Below, piece by piece: positions 1 to 9,384 of a stretch of 64,000 nt of DNA; the first letter of the stretch is position 1; every line of letters starts with the position of its first letter. The notes under the pieces were generated by a model, which searched no databases, was not told the origin of the DNA, and saw only the letters and a program-made list of their open reading frames with translations. Location: IMG/VR virus record IMGVR_UViG_3300043432_000238, positions 15,333 through 79,332 of that record. One strand, written 5' to 3'. Source of the stretch: a virus. Taxonomy: Duplodnaviria > Caudoviricetes. Both the position numbers and the translations under genes were made by a program.

Positions 1-125
1 TTGTCCATCGCGCAGGTGACGACGGTCTTGCGCTCGGTGTCCTTGTCGTGGCCGTCCATCTCGACGATGAACTGGCCGTCCTTGATCTTGGCCTTGGCGA
101 TACGCTGAACGCTGGTGGTGGTCAT
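1..125 (-). CDS. Hypothetical protein, 3' end outside the window
   Basis: ATG at 125 overlaps the stop of the upstream ORF (ATGA coupling); reads MTTTSVQRIAKAKIKDGQFIVEMDGHDKDTERK open to base 1. Confidence 0.55.
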   Translation of the reverse strand, partial: MTTTSVQRIAKAKIKDGQFIVEMDGHDKDTERKTVVTCAMD

Positions 126-457
126 GGCGATGGCGTCCCCGCATTCGCCGGCTCCTCGACGTCCTCGATGCCGTGCTCGCCATTGACCCAGGCTTCCTGG
201 AAATCGTTCGGGTCGAGCGTGGCATCGCGCAGTTTGAACGCGACCGCCGCAACGTCCTCCCAGTTCATGTTGTTGGATGCCCAATCATGGATTTCGTCCG
301 GGCATTCCTCGAACATTGGCAACGTGTCTTCGACGAGCGACTTCTCGATATCGCCGTCGAACTCGCAGGCGTAATTCTTCGCGCGGTCGCGGGCGATGGC
401 GTCGACCGGGACGGCCCAGATCGAGCCGTCAGCTTGTTTGATGGTGCGGACCTTCAT
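122..457 (-). CDS. Hypothetical phage early protein
   Basis: 111-aa acidic ORF in the coupled leftward operon. Confidence 0.7.
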   Translation of the reverse strand: MKVRTIKQADGSIWAVPVDAIARDRAKNYACEFDGDIEKSLVEDTLPMFEECPDEIHDWASNNMNWEDVAAVAFKLRDATLDPNDFQEAWVNGEHGIEDVEEPANAGTPSP

Positions 458-472
458 GGCTTGCGCTTTGCC

Positions 473-697
473 TCAATTGAAGCCGTTGATAAACTTACGC
501 ATCTCGTCGGCTGTGCCGAGATGTCCGCCGAGTAAGAGTTGATGGCCAAGCACGATGGCGGAATGATCTTTGGTTTCCTCATGCTTGCCCATATCGCTGG
601 CGAATGACGCCCAGGCGCTGGGGAGATCGCCCTGGTCGACATATTCCAGCGCACGGTCCTTGCACCATTGAAGGTGTTCTCCTCTCGCTTGTGTCAT
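473..697 (-). CDS. Hypothetical phage protein (74 aa)
   Basis: C-terminal part of ORF 473..901; plausible start MTQARGEHLQWCKDRALEY preceded by a GAGGA RBS. Confidence 0.7.
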   Translation of the reverse strand: MTQARGEHLQWCKDRALEYVDQGDLPSAWASFASDMGKHEETKDHSAIVLGHQLLLGGHLGTADEMRKFINGFN

Positions 698-701
698 GTC
701 C

Positions 702-1733
702 TCAGACGGTCCCGAATTGTTCGACGTTGATCTTCGAATTCTCCTCGTCCCAGCCACGCAAGAACGCATCGGCCTCCGGCTGCCGGGATTTGTAGTGGTA
801 GCCCTTCGGCACCTCGCGCGGGAAACCGTCGCGCCGGGCACCTCGACCGCGGGCGACAGCGTCCCTGATATTGGCGGGAAGATCGGCGTTGTCCGCACCA
901 TCCGGCCCCGCGGGGGTTAGAGCATCGGATGGTGCGGACGCGTCGGAGGCTTCAGGGAGAGCGACCTGGGCCTCCGGCTCAGCAGGCTCTGCGGCTGGGG
1001 CTGATGCAGATGCCTGGCTGTCGGGATCGCCATCGCTGGCGAATTGGTCGAGACGGGATGAGATAGATTGTGGGGCAGAGGCTTGCACGCGCGATGCGTC
1101 CACCGTCTGATAATCGGCCGGGGCCAGATCGATGACATCGTCGACCTCATCGGCCGTCATCAGCCCCATCGACAGTTCCGGCGCGTAAGCGCGCGTCCAC
1201 CATGCGCCGGCGCGATAGATCAGCATCTGCTGCGGCATGGTCTGCCACTTGCTGTCTTTCCGTCCGTACCAGCCCTCTTTCTTCGCGAGCGCCATAGAGA
1301 TATCGGCACCGACCAGCTTTTCGCCGGTCGATTTTTCGGTTGCCCAAGCGCGGCAACCCCAGTCGTCCTGCCCCTGCGTGCCGAAGAACTCATAGCGCAG
1401 CGCCGTGAACCGCCCGCAAGTGTTGACGCTGGCGATCAGGAACTGGCTCGACCAACTGGGACGCCCGTGCACGACGGCGAGATTCTGCATCACCATCAGC
1501 GGATCAGCGCCGATCCTCTTGGCTAGGTTGAGCGCGATCATGCAATTGCCGATCGCCTCGGGTGTGTTGCCCTGATAGTGCCTCGGCACCAGTGTCGATG
1601 CGCAAAATCCCTTAGCGACCCGCTGCATCAACTCAAAGCTTTGCAGATCGAAGAAGCCAGCATTGACGACCGGCAGCCGCGAAGGCGCGCTATTCGTCTG
1701 ATCGGTAGGCGGACGGACGACGATCTGGTTCAT
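702..1733 (-). CDS. RecT/Bet-like single-strand annealing recombinase
   Basis: LVPRHYQG...CMIALNLAKRIGADPLMVMQN...GRPSWSSQFLIA...W...P.QML.YRA pattern plus an acidic Pro/Ala tail; downstream of YqaJ. Start re-picked at MNQIVV. Confidence 0.75.
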   Translation of the reverse strand: MNQIVVRPPTDQTNSAPSRLPVVNAGFFDLQSFELMQRVAKGFCASTLVPRHYQGNTPEAIGNCMIALNLAKRIGADPLMVMQNLAVVHGRPSWSSQFLIASVNTCGRFTALRYEFFGTQGQDDWGCRAWATEKSTGEKLVGADISMALAKKEGWYGRKDSKWQTMPQQMLIYRAGAWWTRAYAPELSMGLMTADEVDDVIDLAPADYQTVDASRVQASAPQSISSRLDQFASDGDPDSQASASAPAAEPAEPEAQVALPEASDASAPSDALTPAGPDGADNADLPANIRDAVARGRGARRDGFPREVPKGYHYKSRQPEADAFLRGWDEENSKINVEQFGTV

Positions 1734-2320
1734 GACGGCGTTTCCTCCAAGGATTTCAGGTGCAGATAGACGCGCTTGCAGGCCAGGAGATCGGCCATGG
1801 CGTCGTGAGCGTCGACCAGATCCTCGTTGAAGAAATGCCGGATGCATTCCTCGAGCCTGGGCGCTTTGGGACCGTTGAAGCCGGCCGCGCGCATACGATC
1901 AGTTGGCGGGAGAGCGATGACGGGCTTGGCGCTTTCCATCGTGCAATAGAGCGGTTTCTTCAGCCGCATCTCCATGCCCTGCGTGCGCGTCATGGCGGTG
2001 TCGATGACCGCCTTGTCGAATTTGATGTTGTGAGCAACGAGCAAATCCGCCCGCTGATGCAAATGGGCGAAGGTCGCGAGCGCCGATACGGCGGAGACGC
2101 CGAATTTAACGCAATGCTCTTCGGTGATGCCGTGAACGGCCTTTGCCCGCTCGGGGATCTCGACGCCATTGTCGATGATCAGCGAGAATCCGGCGATCGG
2201 CTTGCCGTCCGTGCGGCAAAGCTGGGCCGCAAGCTGCACGATATAGGGCTGCGCGGGATCGGCCAGTGGCAGATTGTCCCGCGTAAAACCGGTGGTTTCG
2301 GTATCGAAGAACAGGATCAT
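1730..2320 (-). CDS. DEDDh 3'-5' exonuclease (DnaQ-like)
   Basis: ExoI FFDTETTG, ExoII VAHNIKFD, ExoIII AHDAMAD. Confidence 0.9.
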   Translation of the reverse strand: MILFFDTETTGFTRDNLPLADPAQPYIVQLAAQLCRTDGKPIAGFSLIIDNGVEIPERAKAVHGITEEHCVKFGVSAVSALATFAHLHQRADLLVAHNIKFDKAVIDTAMTRTQGMEMRLKKPLYCTMESAKPVIALPPTDRMRAAGFNGPKAPRLEECIRHFFNEDLVDAHDAMADLLACKRVYLHLKSLEETPS

Positions 2321-3252
2321 GCAGCCTGCTCCTCGGTTTCTTTGATGTTGCGGCGAGTGACGCGCAGCACGCGGATCTTCTGCCGGGCGACTTGATACCC
2401 GCCCGTCATCTGCGTCTTGCAGGTGATATTGAAGACCGGGTGTTCGCCGCGGTCGGCGTCGCCGAGAATGTCGGCGATCTCGGCGTTGATGATTTCGAGC
2501 GCCTTCTCTGCGGTGGTGTGCCGTCTGGCCCAGGCGAGCTTTTCCTCGCAAAGAAGGCTGATGCGGTTGTGGCGCGTGAGGTCGATGCTCTCGCCGCCAC
2601 CCTTGCTATACACCGAGCGAATGATCTGGCTGTCGCGGCTGTAATCAGCGGGCGGCAGTTCATTCGCAGCGACGGCCGCCCAGAACGCCGCCGTCTCGGC
2701 GATCATGCGATGCTCGGTCGCGGTATGCCGATCGAACTCGTAGACATAGCGCTCGATCTTATAGGGATTGCGGATGACCAGCACACCGATTGCGCCCCAG
2801 GCGACGCCTGTCAGCATCATTTCGAGCAGCGTCTGCAGGATGATCCACATTGGCGGGCCGTCCTGCCACTTCTCGTCGAATTCGGGACCGGCGACGGTCT
2901 TGGCCTGCAGGACGCCGTCACCACGATCCTTGCGGTGCACATAGAAATCAGGTGTGCAGCCGAGCCGCCAATCGGGCGACCACAGATAATCGGTCGCCTT
3001 CCTGATCGTCCAATCGGGCCGCTCCTTCTGCACCGCGACAGCGACGGCTGGCTCGAGGATCTCGCCCCGCTCCAGCACGTCGCCTTCCAATGGCGGCACA
3101 TCGATCAGCCCTGCCTTATCGGCGTGAAGGGCGTAGCGGGTTTGGTAGGGCGAGCACCCGAACAGGGCGCCCACCTCAGAACCGTTGATGTTCGGCTTGC
3201 GGCGCGCGAGCCATTCCTCGCGCGTCGTGATCCCCCAGCGCTCAATCGACAT
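2317..3252 (-). CDS. YqaJ-like viral recombinase exonuclease
   Basis: EEWLARRKPNINGSEVGALFG, G..LEPAVA, LGCTPDF, QAKT motifs. Confidence 0.9.
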   Translation of the reverse strand: MSIERWGITTREEWLARRKPNINGSEVGALFGCSPYQTRYALHADKAGLIDVPPLEGDVLERGEILEPAVAVAVQKERPDWTIRKATDYLWSPDWRLGCTPDFYVHRKDRGDGVLQAKTVAGPEFDEKWQDGPPMWIILQTLLEMMLTGVAWGAIGVLVIRNPYKIERYVYEFDRHTATEHRMIAETAAFWAAVAANELPPADYSRDSQIIRSVYSKGGGESIDLTRHNRISLLCEEKLAWARRHTTAEKALEIINAEIADILGDADRGEHPVFNITCKTQMTGGYQVARQKIRVLRVTRRNIKETEEQAA

Positions 3253-3532
3253 TGGCCGTGACCTCCGCCGGATTATAGGGAAATGCCGGATCGCCCTCCG
3301 TCGCCAGCCGCAGCGCCATCACAGCGACGCGTACCGCTTCGAGATAGATCTCGTTCGCGCCGACGACGGCTTGGTCCTTGACGTTCAAGATGAGCGCGGC
3401 GGACAGCTCGCCCGTCTGCACGGAGAGCGCGGCGAACAGCCGGGGATGGTGCCTGCGCTCCTCGATGCTGTGCTCCAGCTCGGTTTGCAGATCGTGGATG
3501 AATTTCATCGCCAAATCGAAGCGGGTCATCAC
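3242..3532 (-). CDS. Hypothetical protein, possibly MazG-like
   Basis: ALSVQTGELSAAL...IYLEAVRVAVMALRL resembles the MazG helical pattern, but the acidic residues are only partly kept. Confidence 0.5.
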   Translation of the reverse strand: MMTRFDLAMKFIHDLQTELEHSIEERRHHPRLFAALSVQTGELSAALILNVKDQAVVGANEIYLEAVRVAVMALRLATEGDPAFPYNPAEVTANVD

Positions 3533-3894
3533 TCGGACTCCCCTTCGTCGTCCGGGGCTATCTCCTCAAGCGTAATGCGCGCACGGTGGCCGCCATCCTT
3601 GGCGACCTCTGACCGCCGGTCCTTTCCACTTTTGGGAGCTTCGTAATTGGAGGGGTCGGCGTAGAATTCGAGCGCCTTGGCCGTCGTGGTGAGGTGGGTG
3701 GCAGAGACGGTCTGGGAAGCGGCTGGCGGAGCGAGGAGCTTTTGCCGCTGGGCCCTGAGTCCGGCGACGACCCGGAGGCGGTCGATCTCGTGCTGCAGGA
3801 ACGCGATCGTCTGGTCATATCCGCGGATCTCCTCGACGGCAAAAAGGGCCTCATGCAGCTTGTTTTCGGGTTCGGTCTCGGGGGGCCAGGGCAT
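3529..3894 (-). CDS. Hypothetical protein
   Basis: 121-aa ORF with a coupled overlap in the leftward operon. Confidence 0.65.
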   Translation of the reverse strand: MPWPPETEPENKLHEALFAVEEIRGYDQTIAFLQHEIDRLRVVAGLRAQRQKLLAPPAASQTVSATHLTTTAKALEFYADPSNYEAPKSGKDRRSEVAKDGGHRARITLEEIAPDDEGESE

Positions 3895-3897
3895 GAA

Positions 3898-4221
3898 TTA
3901 CCTCGCAAAATGAAGGATGATGGGAAATGCGATGAAGCCGCCCCAACCGATGCCGGCGAGTGTCCATGCCGCCGGCAGCGAGCCCAGGACGTAATGGTAG
4001 AAATCCGCGATCCGCCAGGTGATGCGGCGCCAGATGATGACAGCCGCGATCACCACGCATTGCCGGATCAGGCCGCAGGCACCCCGCATATGGCGGGCCA
4101 GAATGGCCAGCTCGCCGGGAGGCGCTTTATCCGATTGGCACCAGACGATTTCCTGGCGCTTTACCGGGGCGTAGCGGGAGAAATCGAGATCGCGGTCGCA
4201 GACAAGGGCCGGCTCGCTCAT
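3898..4221 (-). CDS. Hypothetical membrane protein
   Basis: Start MSEPAL coupled to the upstream stop; two hydrophobic segments in the C-terminal half. Confidence 0.6.
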   Translation of the reverse strand: MSEPALVCDRDLDFSRYAPVKRQEIVWCQSDKAPPGELAILARHMRGACGLIRQCVVIAAVIIWRRITWRIADFYHYVLGSLPAAWTLAGIGWGGFIAFPIILHFAR

Positions 4222-4385
4222 GCCGCCCTCCGCTCTGTAGAGCATTCCACAATGAGCGCGTCGCGCAGTTCAGCCAGCGCCTTGTGATGGACGATGCCTT
4301 CATACGCCCAGTGGCCGGCTTTGCCTCTTGCCCGGCAGCCTTCGAGTTGGCTTTCGACGATTTCGAGCATCTGCCCGCTCGTCAA
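4218..4385 (-). CDS. Small hypothetical protein, first gene of the leftward operon (start uncertain)
   Basis: C-terminal portion of ORF 4218..4583; its stop is coupled to the next gene. Confidence 0.4.
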   Translation of the reverse strand: MTSGQMLEIVESQLEGCRARGKAGHWAYEGIVHHKALAELRDALIVECSTERRAA

Positions 4386-4564
4386 ATCGATGCACCGCTC
4401 ATAGGACCGGCACAGAAGGCGGAACTGACCTGGGATATCGAGAACCACGCGCACGCCCCGCAAAAGGGGCCGGCTATCAAGCGGGAGCAAAATAGCCGGC
4501 CAGTCTAGGGAGGAAACGCCCGAGGAGGGCTGCGCGCCAGGACAACGAGCTAACCCGCCACGCA

Positions 4565-4657
4565 ACAAAGTGGAACATTCCACTTTGTGTGACGAGTTTT
4601 ACGGGACAATACGCGAAGCGTCAATCGAAAATTTCCACATTTCGTGGAAAATTCCAC
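4565..4657. promoter_or_regulatory. Left operator region (OL-like)
   Basis: GTGGAA-CA-TTCCAC at 4570-4583 inside an 11-bp-arm palindrome (4565-4588), and GTGGAA-AA-TTCCAC at 4644-4657. Confidence 0.7.
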
Positions 4658-5518
4658 TCACCAGAGGTGCGTGGAGGAGATGACGCGTGCGATTCCGAGC
4701 ACTTCGCCGGCGTTGGAGACGACGACGGGCTCATAGGCGGGATTGAACGCGGTCAGTTTGAACGCAACGCCGCGGGCATAGGGGCGCGTCGCCGTATAGA
4801 TCCGCACAAGCGGATGCTCGTAATCCTGGTGATCGACGAGTACGAGATCGCCAGGATTAATCGTGCGCATCGGATCCGCAACAACGACGGAGCCAGGGGC
4901 AATAGAGGTTTTATGATCGACCGTCATGGAGCGGTCGTGATCAGGCAAAATATAAGCGTAGCTGTGAGGGCTTGCAGATACGAGACCCGGCACAGACAGC
5001 GATGGCCCCGACATGTTTGCCAGGCTCCCCCGTCCAGTGTTAATATGCCTTATCTCGCTCGCCGTTAAAATGACTATAAAGCCTACTGCCCTGTTATGTG
5101 AAGTTGTTATTTCTGGTTGTTTGATTGGTTGGTTAATTGGCAAAGGCGAAGTGCCGGAACTATCTCGCGAAATCCCATCATCCGAAGACTTGGCTTTGCG
5201 TTTGCGGAAAATTTCGATTTCACTGTCCGGGATCGATGCGTAACCGCCGCGGAGAAAAAACGCGACCGGGACTTCGAAGAGCGTGGAATACCGCTTGAGG
5301 TCGCTCATCCTCGGCCGGCGTTCGGCCCCTTCATGGCTGTAATAGGTGCGCCCGCGTGTGGCCGCCTCACTATTGCTCAGCTTATCAAGTGCTTTCGCGA
5401 CGTCACTGATCTTGGCGAACTTTCTCACACGCGCAGCTTCGAGCCTGGCGCCAAGCAGGGCCAAGTCGATCTCTTCGCGCAGCGCGGATAAATCAACTTC
5501 TTCGTTGTCGTCGGTCAT
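4658..5518 (-). CDS. CI-like repressor (XRE HTH plus S24/LexA-like C-terminal domain)
   Basis: GARLEAAR...YYSHEGAERRP...YSTLFEVPVAFFLRG HTH; DRSM...IAPGSVVVADP...GDLVLV C-terminal domain; divergent from a Cro-like gene. Confidence 0.85.
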   Translation of the reverse strand: MTDDNEEVDLSALREEIDLALLGARLEAARVRKFAKISDVAKALDKLSNSEAATRGRTYYSHEGAERRPRMSDLKRYSTLFEVPVAFFLRGGYASIPDSEIEIFRKRKAKSSDDGISRDSSGTSPLPINQPIKQPEITTSHNRAVGFIVILTASEIRHINTGRGSLANMSGPSLSVPGLVSASPHSYAYILPDHDRSMTVDHKTSIAPGSVVVADPMRTINPGDLVLVDHQDYEHPLVRIYTATRPYARGVAFKLTAFNPAYEPVVVSNAGEVLGIARVISSTHLW

Positions 5519-5564
5519 TCACGATATGTAACTGATTTTGCCCGCTTCGTCACCACTGGGTTTT

Positions 5565-5598
5565 GTGGATTTTTCTACAATGAGTGGATTGTCTCCAC
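5565..5598. promoter_or_regulatory. Right operator region (OR-like)
   Basis: GTGGAT-TT-TTCTAC at 5565-5578 and GTGGAT-TGT-CTCCAC at 5584-5598, variants of the OL palindrome, between cI and cro. Confidence 0.6.
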
Positions 5599-5623
5599 TC
5601 TCCTTTTGTGCAATATCGCACTT

Positions 5624-5944
5624 ATGCCTGAAAAATCCGTTAGTTTCCGCGAATGGTTCAACCTCTGGCCGAGCGTCGCAACGCTCGCCGAGGACATGGG
5701 CGTGCCCGCGAACCGGGCCCATCAATGGGTCGCGCGCGGGTCTCTGCAGACCTATTACTGGCGGGATTTCATCGTCGCCATGGCAGAGCGCCATGGGCTC
5801 CTGGTGACGCTGGACGATCTGATCGATGCGACCTGCTGGCAGCGCGAGCAGCGCATCCAAGCCTGCATCCGCGGCGCCAAGACTCGCAAGAAGCGCCGCC
5901 GCGAGGCCGCCAAGGCGATGGCAGACGATGCGGAGGCCGCGTGA
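5624..5944 (+). CDS. Cro-like HTH regulator
   Basis: WPSVATLAEDMGVPANRAHQWVARGS; divergent from cI. Confidence 0.75.
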   Translation: MPEKSVSFREWFNLWPSVATLAEDMGVPANRAHQWVARGSLQTYYWRDFIVAMAERHGLLVTLDDLIDATCWQREQRIQACIRGAKTRKKRRREAAKAMADDAEAA

Positions 5945-6393
5945 TGGCCCGCTGGTCCAAGGATATGGACGACCATCTCCTGCGTCTTTCGGCAGCCGCG
6001 GACGCTGATCCGGCGATCACATACAGCGTCATGGCGGCGCGCATCAACGAGGCTTTCGGCGCCAATATCTCACGCAATGCCATCGCCGGCCGGCTGAAAC
6101 GCCTGAAAGCCGGCGCGGAACCGAAACCATCGACCTCATGCGCCGTGGCAGACGCTTCCAAACCGAGACCGCCAAAGCCCCCGGCATCGGCATCGGCATC
6201 GGTGAAGCCGCAATGCCAGCCGGTAGGGCTACTCGCCTTGAAGGCGTCGCAGTGCCGCTGGCCGGTCAACGACGACAGCCCGTTCCTGTTCTGCGCCGCG
6301 CCGAAAAGCCCGCACCATGCGAGCTATTGCGCGCACCACCACACGCTATCGGAGCGGCGCGTGATCCGGAACCGCTGGATGAGTGCGCCATGA
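5944..6393 (+). CDS. gcrA: GcrA-family transcription regulator
   Basis: N-terminal W...LRL...YSVMAA...ISRNAIAGRLKRL HTH; C-terminal LLALKASQCRWPV...FLFCAAP...YCAHH. Confidence 0.85.
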   Translation: MARWSKDMDDHLLRLSAAADADPAITYSVMAARINEAFGANISRNAIAGRLKRLKAGAEPKPSTSCAVADASKPRPPKPPASASASVKPQCQPVGLLALKASQCRWPVNDDSPFLFCAAPKSPHHASYCAHHHTLSERRVIRNRWMSAP

Positions 6394-6716
6394 GACGATG
6401 CCCCGAATGCGGCGAGCGCCCGCAATACACCTCTTTCTGCACCACCTGCGCCAAGCTGTTCAGGCGGCCAGCTCCGAAATGGGACCGGTACTGGTTCCCG
6501 CCGAAAACCTCCCGTCCCGTCCATATCGCCCCGATTTCGCGGCACAATGAGACCGTGGTCGTCCCGGCAGTTTCCGCCATGCTCGACGCTGGCGCCACTC
6601 GCAGAGAGATCGCGGCGCGCTTCGGGAAAACCCACCACTGGGTCGAATGGCTCAGACGCAAATACCAGTTGCCGGCCGTACGCAAGCGCCGGCAATGCAT
6701 CGCGAGCGAGACGTGA
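6390..6716 (+). CDS. Hypothetical protein with Zn-finger and HTH-like end
   Basis: CPEC...CTTC; ATRREIAARFGKTHHWV. Confidence 0.65.
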   Translation: MRRCPECGERPQYTSFCTTCAKLFRRPAPKWDRYWFPPKTSRPVHIAPISRHNETVVVPAVSAMLDAGATRREIAARFGKTHHWVEWLRRKYQLPAVRKRRQCIASET

Positions 6717-6717
6717 G

Positions 6718-7212
6718 ATGGCCGGCAAAGTGCGTTATGCCGATAAACAGGCGGAATTCTTGGCGCTCTGCCGAGACGGCGCGCCGCGCGACCACATTGC
6801 AGCCCGGCTCGGCTGGAGCGTCGACCAAGTCAAAAACCTGCATACGTGGCTGCGCTCGATGGGGCAATGTCCCTATCCGTTGCTGCGGCGCGCATCTCCG
6901 GCCAAACCGCACTGCTCGGTGCTCACCGGCCGCGAGGACGAGATCCGCAAACTATTCGCCGCCGGCCTCGGCCGGATACGCATCGCCCGCCAGCTTGGCG
7001 TCACCGCCAATACCCTCGCCGGCTTCGTCGACCGCCATGGGCTGAGGCCTCCAGAGCGCAAAGGCCGCGGCAAGACCGGCAAGCTGGTCGGCGACCAGAG
7101 GATCACCCTGCCGGCGCTGGCGCTACGGAGCTTGCGCGACTACGGCATCGGCGAGGCCGACATCCGGGCCGGGGCCGAGATGGCGAAGATGATGGAAATG
7201 GAGACCGTGTGA
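6718..7212 (+). CDS. Tandem-HTH protein
   Basis: RDHIAARLGWSVDQVKN and RIRIARQLGVTANTL. Confidence 0.65.
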   Translation: MAGKVRYADKQAEFLALCRDGAPRDHIAARLGWSVDQVKNLHTWLRSMGQCPYPLLRRASPAKPHCSVLTGREDEIRKLFAAGLGRIRIARQLGVTANTLAGFVDRHGLRPPERKGRGKTGKLVGDQRITLPALALRSLRDYGIGEADIRAGAEMAKMMEMETV

Positions 7213-7218
7213 AATGGA

Positions 7219-8073
7219 GTGCCGAGTGTGAGTGAGTTGCAGACCTATGACGCGCCGCTATCGGGTCAAATCGTTGATCGCGATGCAATCGAGATCGGTG
7301 AGTTCTACGAAGCGGCGCGAAACTCGATTATCGATTCCGTGCGTCATGCGGCCGAAGCCGGACGCCGCCTAGCTGAGAAGAAGGCATCACTGAAGCACGG
7401 CGAGTGGTTGCCTTGGCTTGAAGCGAATGCGGAGGTGCTGGGGTTTGGCTCCGATCGGACAGCACAACGTCTCATCGGTTTGGCAAATCCGACGTTAACG
7501 TCGGATTTGGACATTATAAGTTGCAAAGAAGCTGTAAATATCAGCCGTAAGTTGTGGGGCAACGAAAAGGGCGCGGGGCAGCTCATCCAGCAATCCCTCA
7601 GCAACGAGCACTATACGCCCGTCGAGTACATCAACGCAGCGCGCCGTGTCCTTGGTGGCATCGATCTCGATCCTGCCACTTGCCTTCCCGCCAATGAAAC
7701 GGTTCTCGCGGAAAAGATTTTCACACAAGCCGATGACGGCTTGAGACAGCCGTGGAATGGTCGCGTTTGGCTGAATCCACCCTATGGCCGGTTTGTCGGC
7801 GAGTTCATCTCTAAGCTGATGGCGGAGATCGCAGCACAACGGGTGGCCGCAGCCATTACACTCGTGAATGCTCATTGCACGGATACAAGCTGGTTCCAGC
7901 CCCTTTGGAATGGCACGCTTTGCTTCACCCATCACCGCATCAATTTCTACGGCGACGACAGTCGGAGCGGTTCTACGCACGGCAGTGTGTTCGCTTATTT
8001 TGGCGATCAGATCGACCTATTCGCTGACGAGTTTCGTCAGTTCGGCGCAGTTGTAAGAGAACTCCGGCCATGA
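7219..8073 (+). CDS. DUF3102-like domain fused to a phage N6-adenine DNA methyltransferase
   Basis: EAGRRLAEKKASLKHGEWLPWL...RTAQRL N-terminus; NEHYTP...IDLDPA...VWLNPPYG catalytic motif. Confidence 0.88.
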   Translation: MPSVSELQTYDAPLSGQIVDRDAIEIGEFYEAARNSIIDSVRHAAEAGRRLAEKKASLKHGEWLPWLEANAEVLGFGSDRTAQRLIGLANPTLTSDLDIISCKEAVNISRKLWGNEKGAGQLIQQSLSNEHYTPVEYINAARRVLGGIDLDPATCLPANETVLAEKIFTQADDGLRQPWNGRVWLNPPYGRFVGEFISKLMAEIAAQRVAAAITLVNAHCTDTSWFQPLWNGTLCFTHHRINFYGDDSRSGSTHGSVFAYFGDQIDLFADEFRQFGAVVRELRP

Positions 8074-8507
8074 CCATCAGAAACATAGATCACTTCAAAA
8101 ATGCGCTCTGGGATTACGGCTTCTTGGAGAGCGCTTTCGGCGACACTCGAATCCGCGTGAGCGACAAAGACGGCGAAGTCGAGCGGAACGGCTTGTTTCT
8201 CCATTTTGAATTTAAGACGCCAGGGGTAGGCTTGCCGCGCGGGCAAGAAATAACAATTCATCGAAAGGTCAACCGCGGCGACACCGTACTGGTGATTTGG
8301 GGACACCGGCAACAACCAGAGAAAATGCACATTTGGTATCCTGGCAGCGCCAAGCCGATCAATGTTGAACCTGCGACCCTTGAGGACATCTGGAAAGCTA
8401 CAAATCGCTGGTTTTTATGGGCAAATGCGGCAGGCGGAGCACCATCGAAACGCTATACGAAAGATGTTCGCTGCCCTGATTTTGCGGACGCGGCTGTTCA
8501 GCGATGA
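8070..8507 (+). CDS. Putative PD-(D/E)XK / VRR-NUC-like nuclease
   Basis: SDKDG...FEFK...LPRGQ...VLVIWG; coupled to the methyltransferase. Confidence 0.55.
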   Translation: MTIRNIDHFKNALWDYGFLESAFGDTRIRVSDKDGEVERNGLFLHFEFKTPGVGLPRGQEITIHRKVNRGDTVLVIWGHRQQPEKMHIWYPGSAKPINVEPATLEDIWKATNRWFLWANAAGGAPSKRYTKDVRCPDFADAAVQR

Positions 8508-8704
8508 AAGCCGTCCGCATGACCCATCCCCGCCCCTGCGGCTGCCTCGCCCGCGATGCCCATGATTGCCTCGAAGAGCGCCACCGCCGCTGGCCGCGCG
8601 AGTCCGGCGATTATTTCCAAGCCGATGGCTGCCGCTGTGCCTGCCATGACGAGCAGCGGCAGGATGGCGGACGGGCTTCGTCAACAGAGGAGGCGCGGCC
8701 ATGA
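8504..8704 (+). CDS. Small Cys/His-rich hypothetical protein
   Basis: PCGC...HDC...GCRCACH; coupled overlaps at both ends. Confidence 0.6.
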   Translation: MKAVRMTHPRPCGCLARDAHDCLEERHRRWPRESGDYFQADGCRCACHDEQRQDGGRASSTEEARP

Positions 8705-9135
8705 AAGGCATCGCCTGCGCCTTCGAGGGCCGTCTCGGCCGTGATGCCGAGATCAAGACCGCCAAGACCTCCGGCCGCCAGTTCGTGACGCTCTCGGTGA
8801 TCGAGGGCCAGGACGACGAGGCGCAATGGCTGAACGTCGTCGCCTGGTCGGAGAGCCTCGCCGAGATCGCCGGCAACCTAACCAAGGGCACCGAGCTCTA
8901 CATCGAGGGCAAGCTGACGCTGCGCTCCTGGGAGAGCGAGACCGGCACGCGGTATGGATTATCCGTCTCCGCCTCGCTGGTGCAGCCCATGGCGCTGATC
9001 GGCAGGTCGAAGCCGAAGACGCCGCGGACGCCGACGCGCAAGACCAGCGCCGTCAAATCCCGGCCTGACAGCCAAGCGCCGATGGCCTTCGCCGACGGCA
9101 CCGATATGGACCGCGGCGACGCATTGCCGTTCTGA
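8701..9135 (+). CDS. ssb: Single-stranded DNA-binding protein
   Basis: GRLGRDAE...WLNVVAW...KGTELYIEGKL; acidic C-terminus GDALPF. Confidence 0.92.
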   Translation: MKGIACAFEGRLGRDAEIKTAKTSGRQFVTLSVIEGQDDEAQWLNVVAWSESLAEIAGNLTKGTELYIEGKLTLRSWESETGTRYGLSVSASLVQPMALIGRSKPKTPRTPTRKTSAVKSRPDSQAPMAFADGTDMDRGDALPF

Positions 9136-9150
9136 TCTGATGAGCCATTC

Positions 9151-9384
9151 ATGCCTGATGAGACCGCCATCCGCAATCTTGTGCTCGCCGAGCTGCGGAT
9201 CGCGCATCTGAGGGCCAAATCTGCATTGCAGGAGATCGAGTTCCTCGGCCAGGCGCTGCGCCAGGACATCCTGACGGCGGAGGAGATCGTCGAGGCGCTC
9301 GACGGCTATGTCGGCTGGACAGGCTTCCTCCAGCCCGAGCTGATGGAGAAAATTCGCAAGGCGTGCGGGGCCGATGTTGGATAG
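9151..9384 (+). CDS. Hypothetical protein
   Basis: 77-aa helical ORF overlapping the next gene. Confidence 0.65.
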   Translation: MPDETAIRNLVLAELRIAHLRAKSALQEIEFLGQALRQDILTAEEIVEALDGYVGWTGFLQPELMEKIRKACGADVG

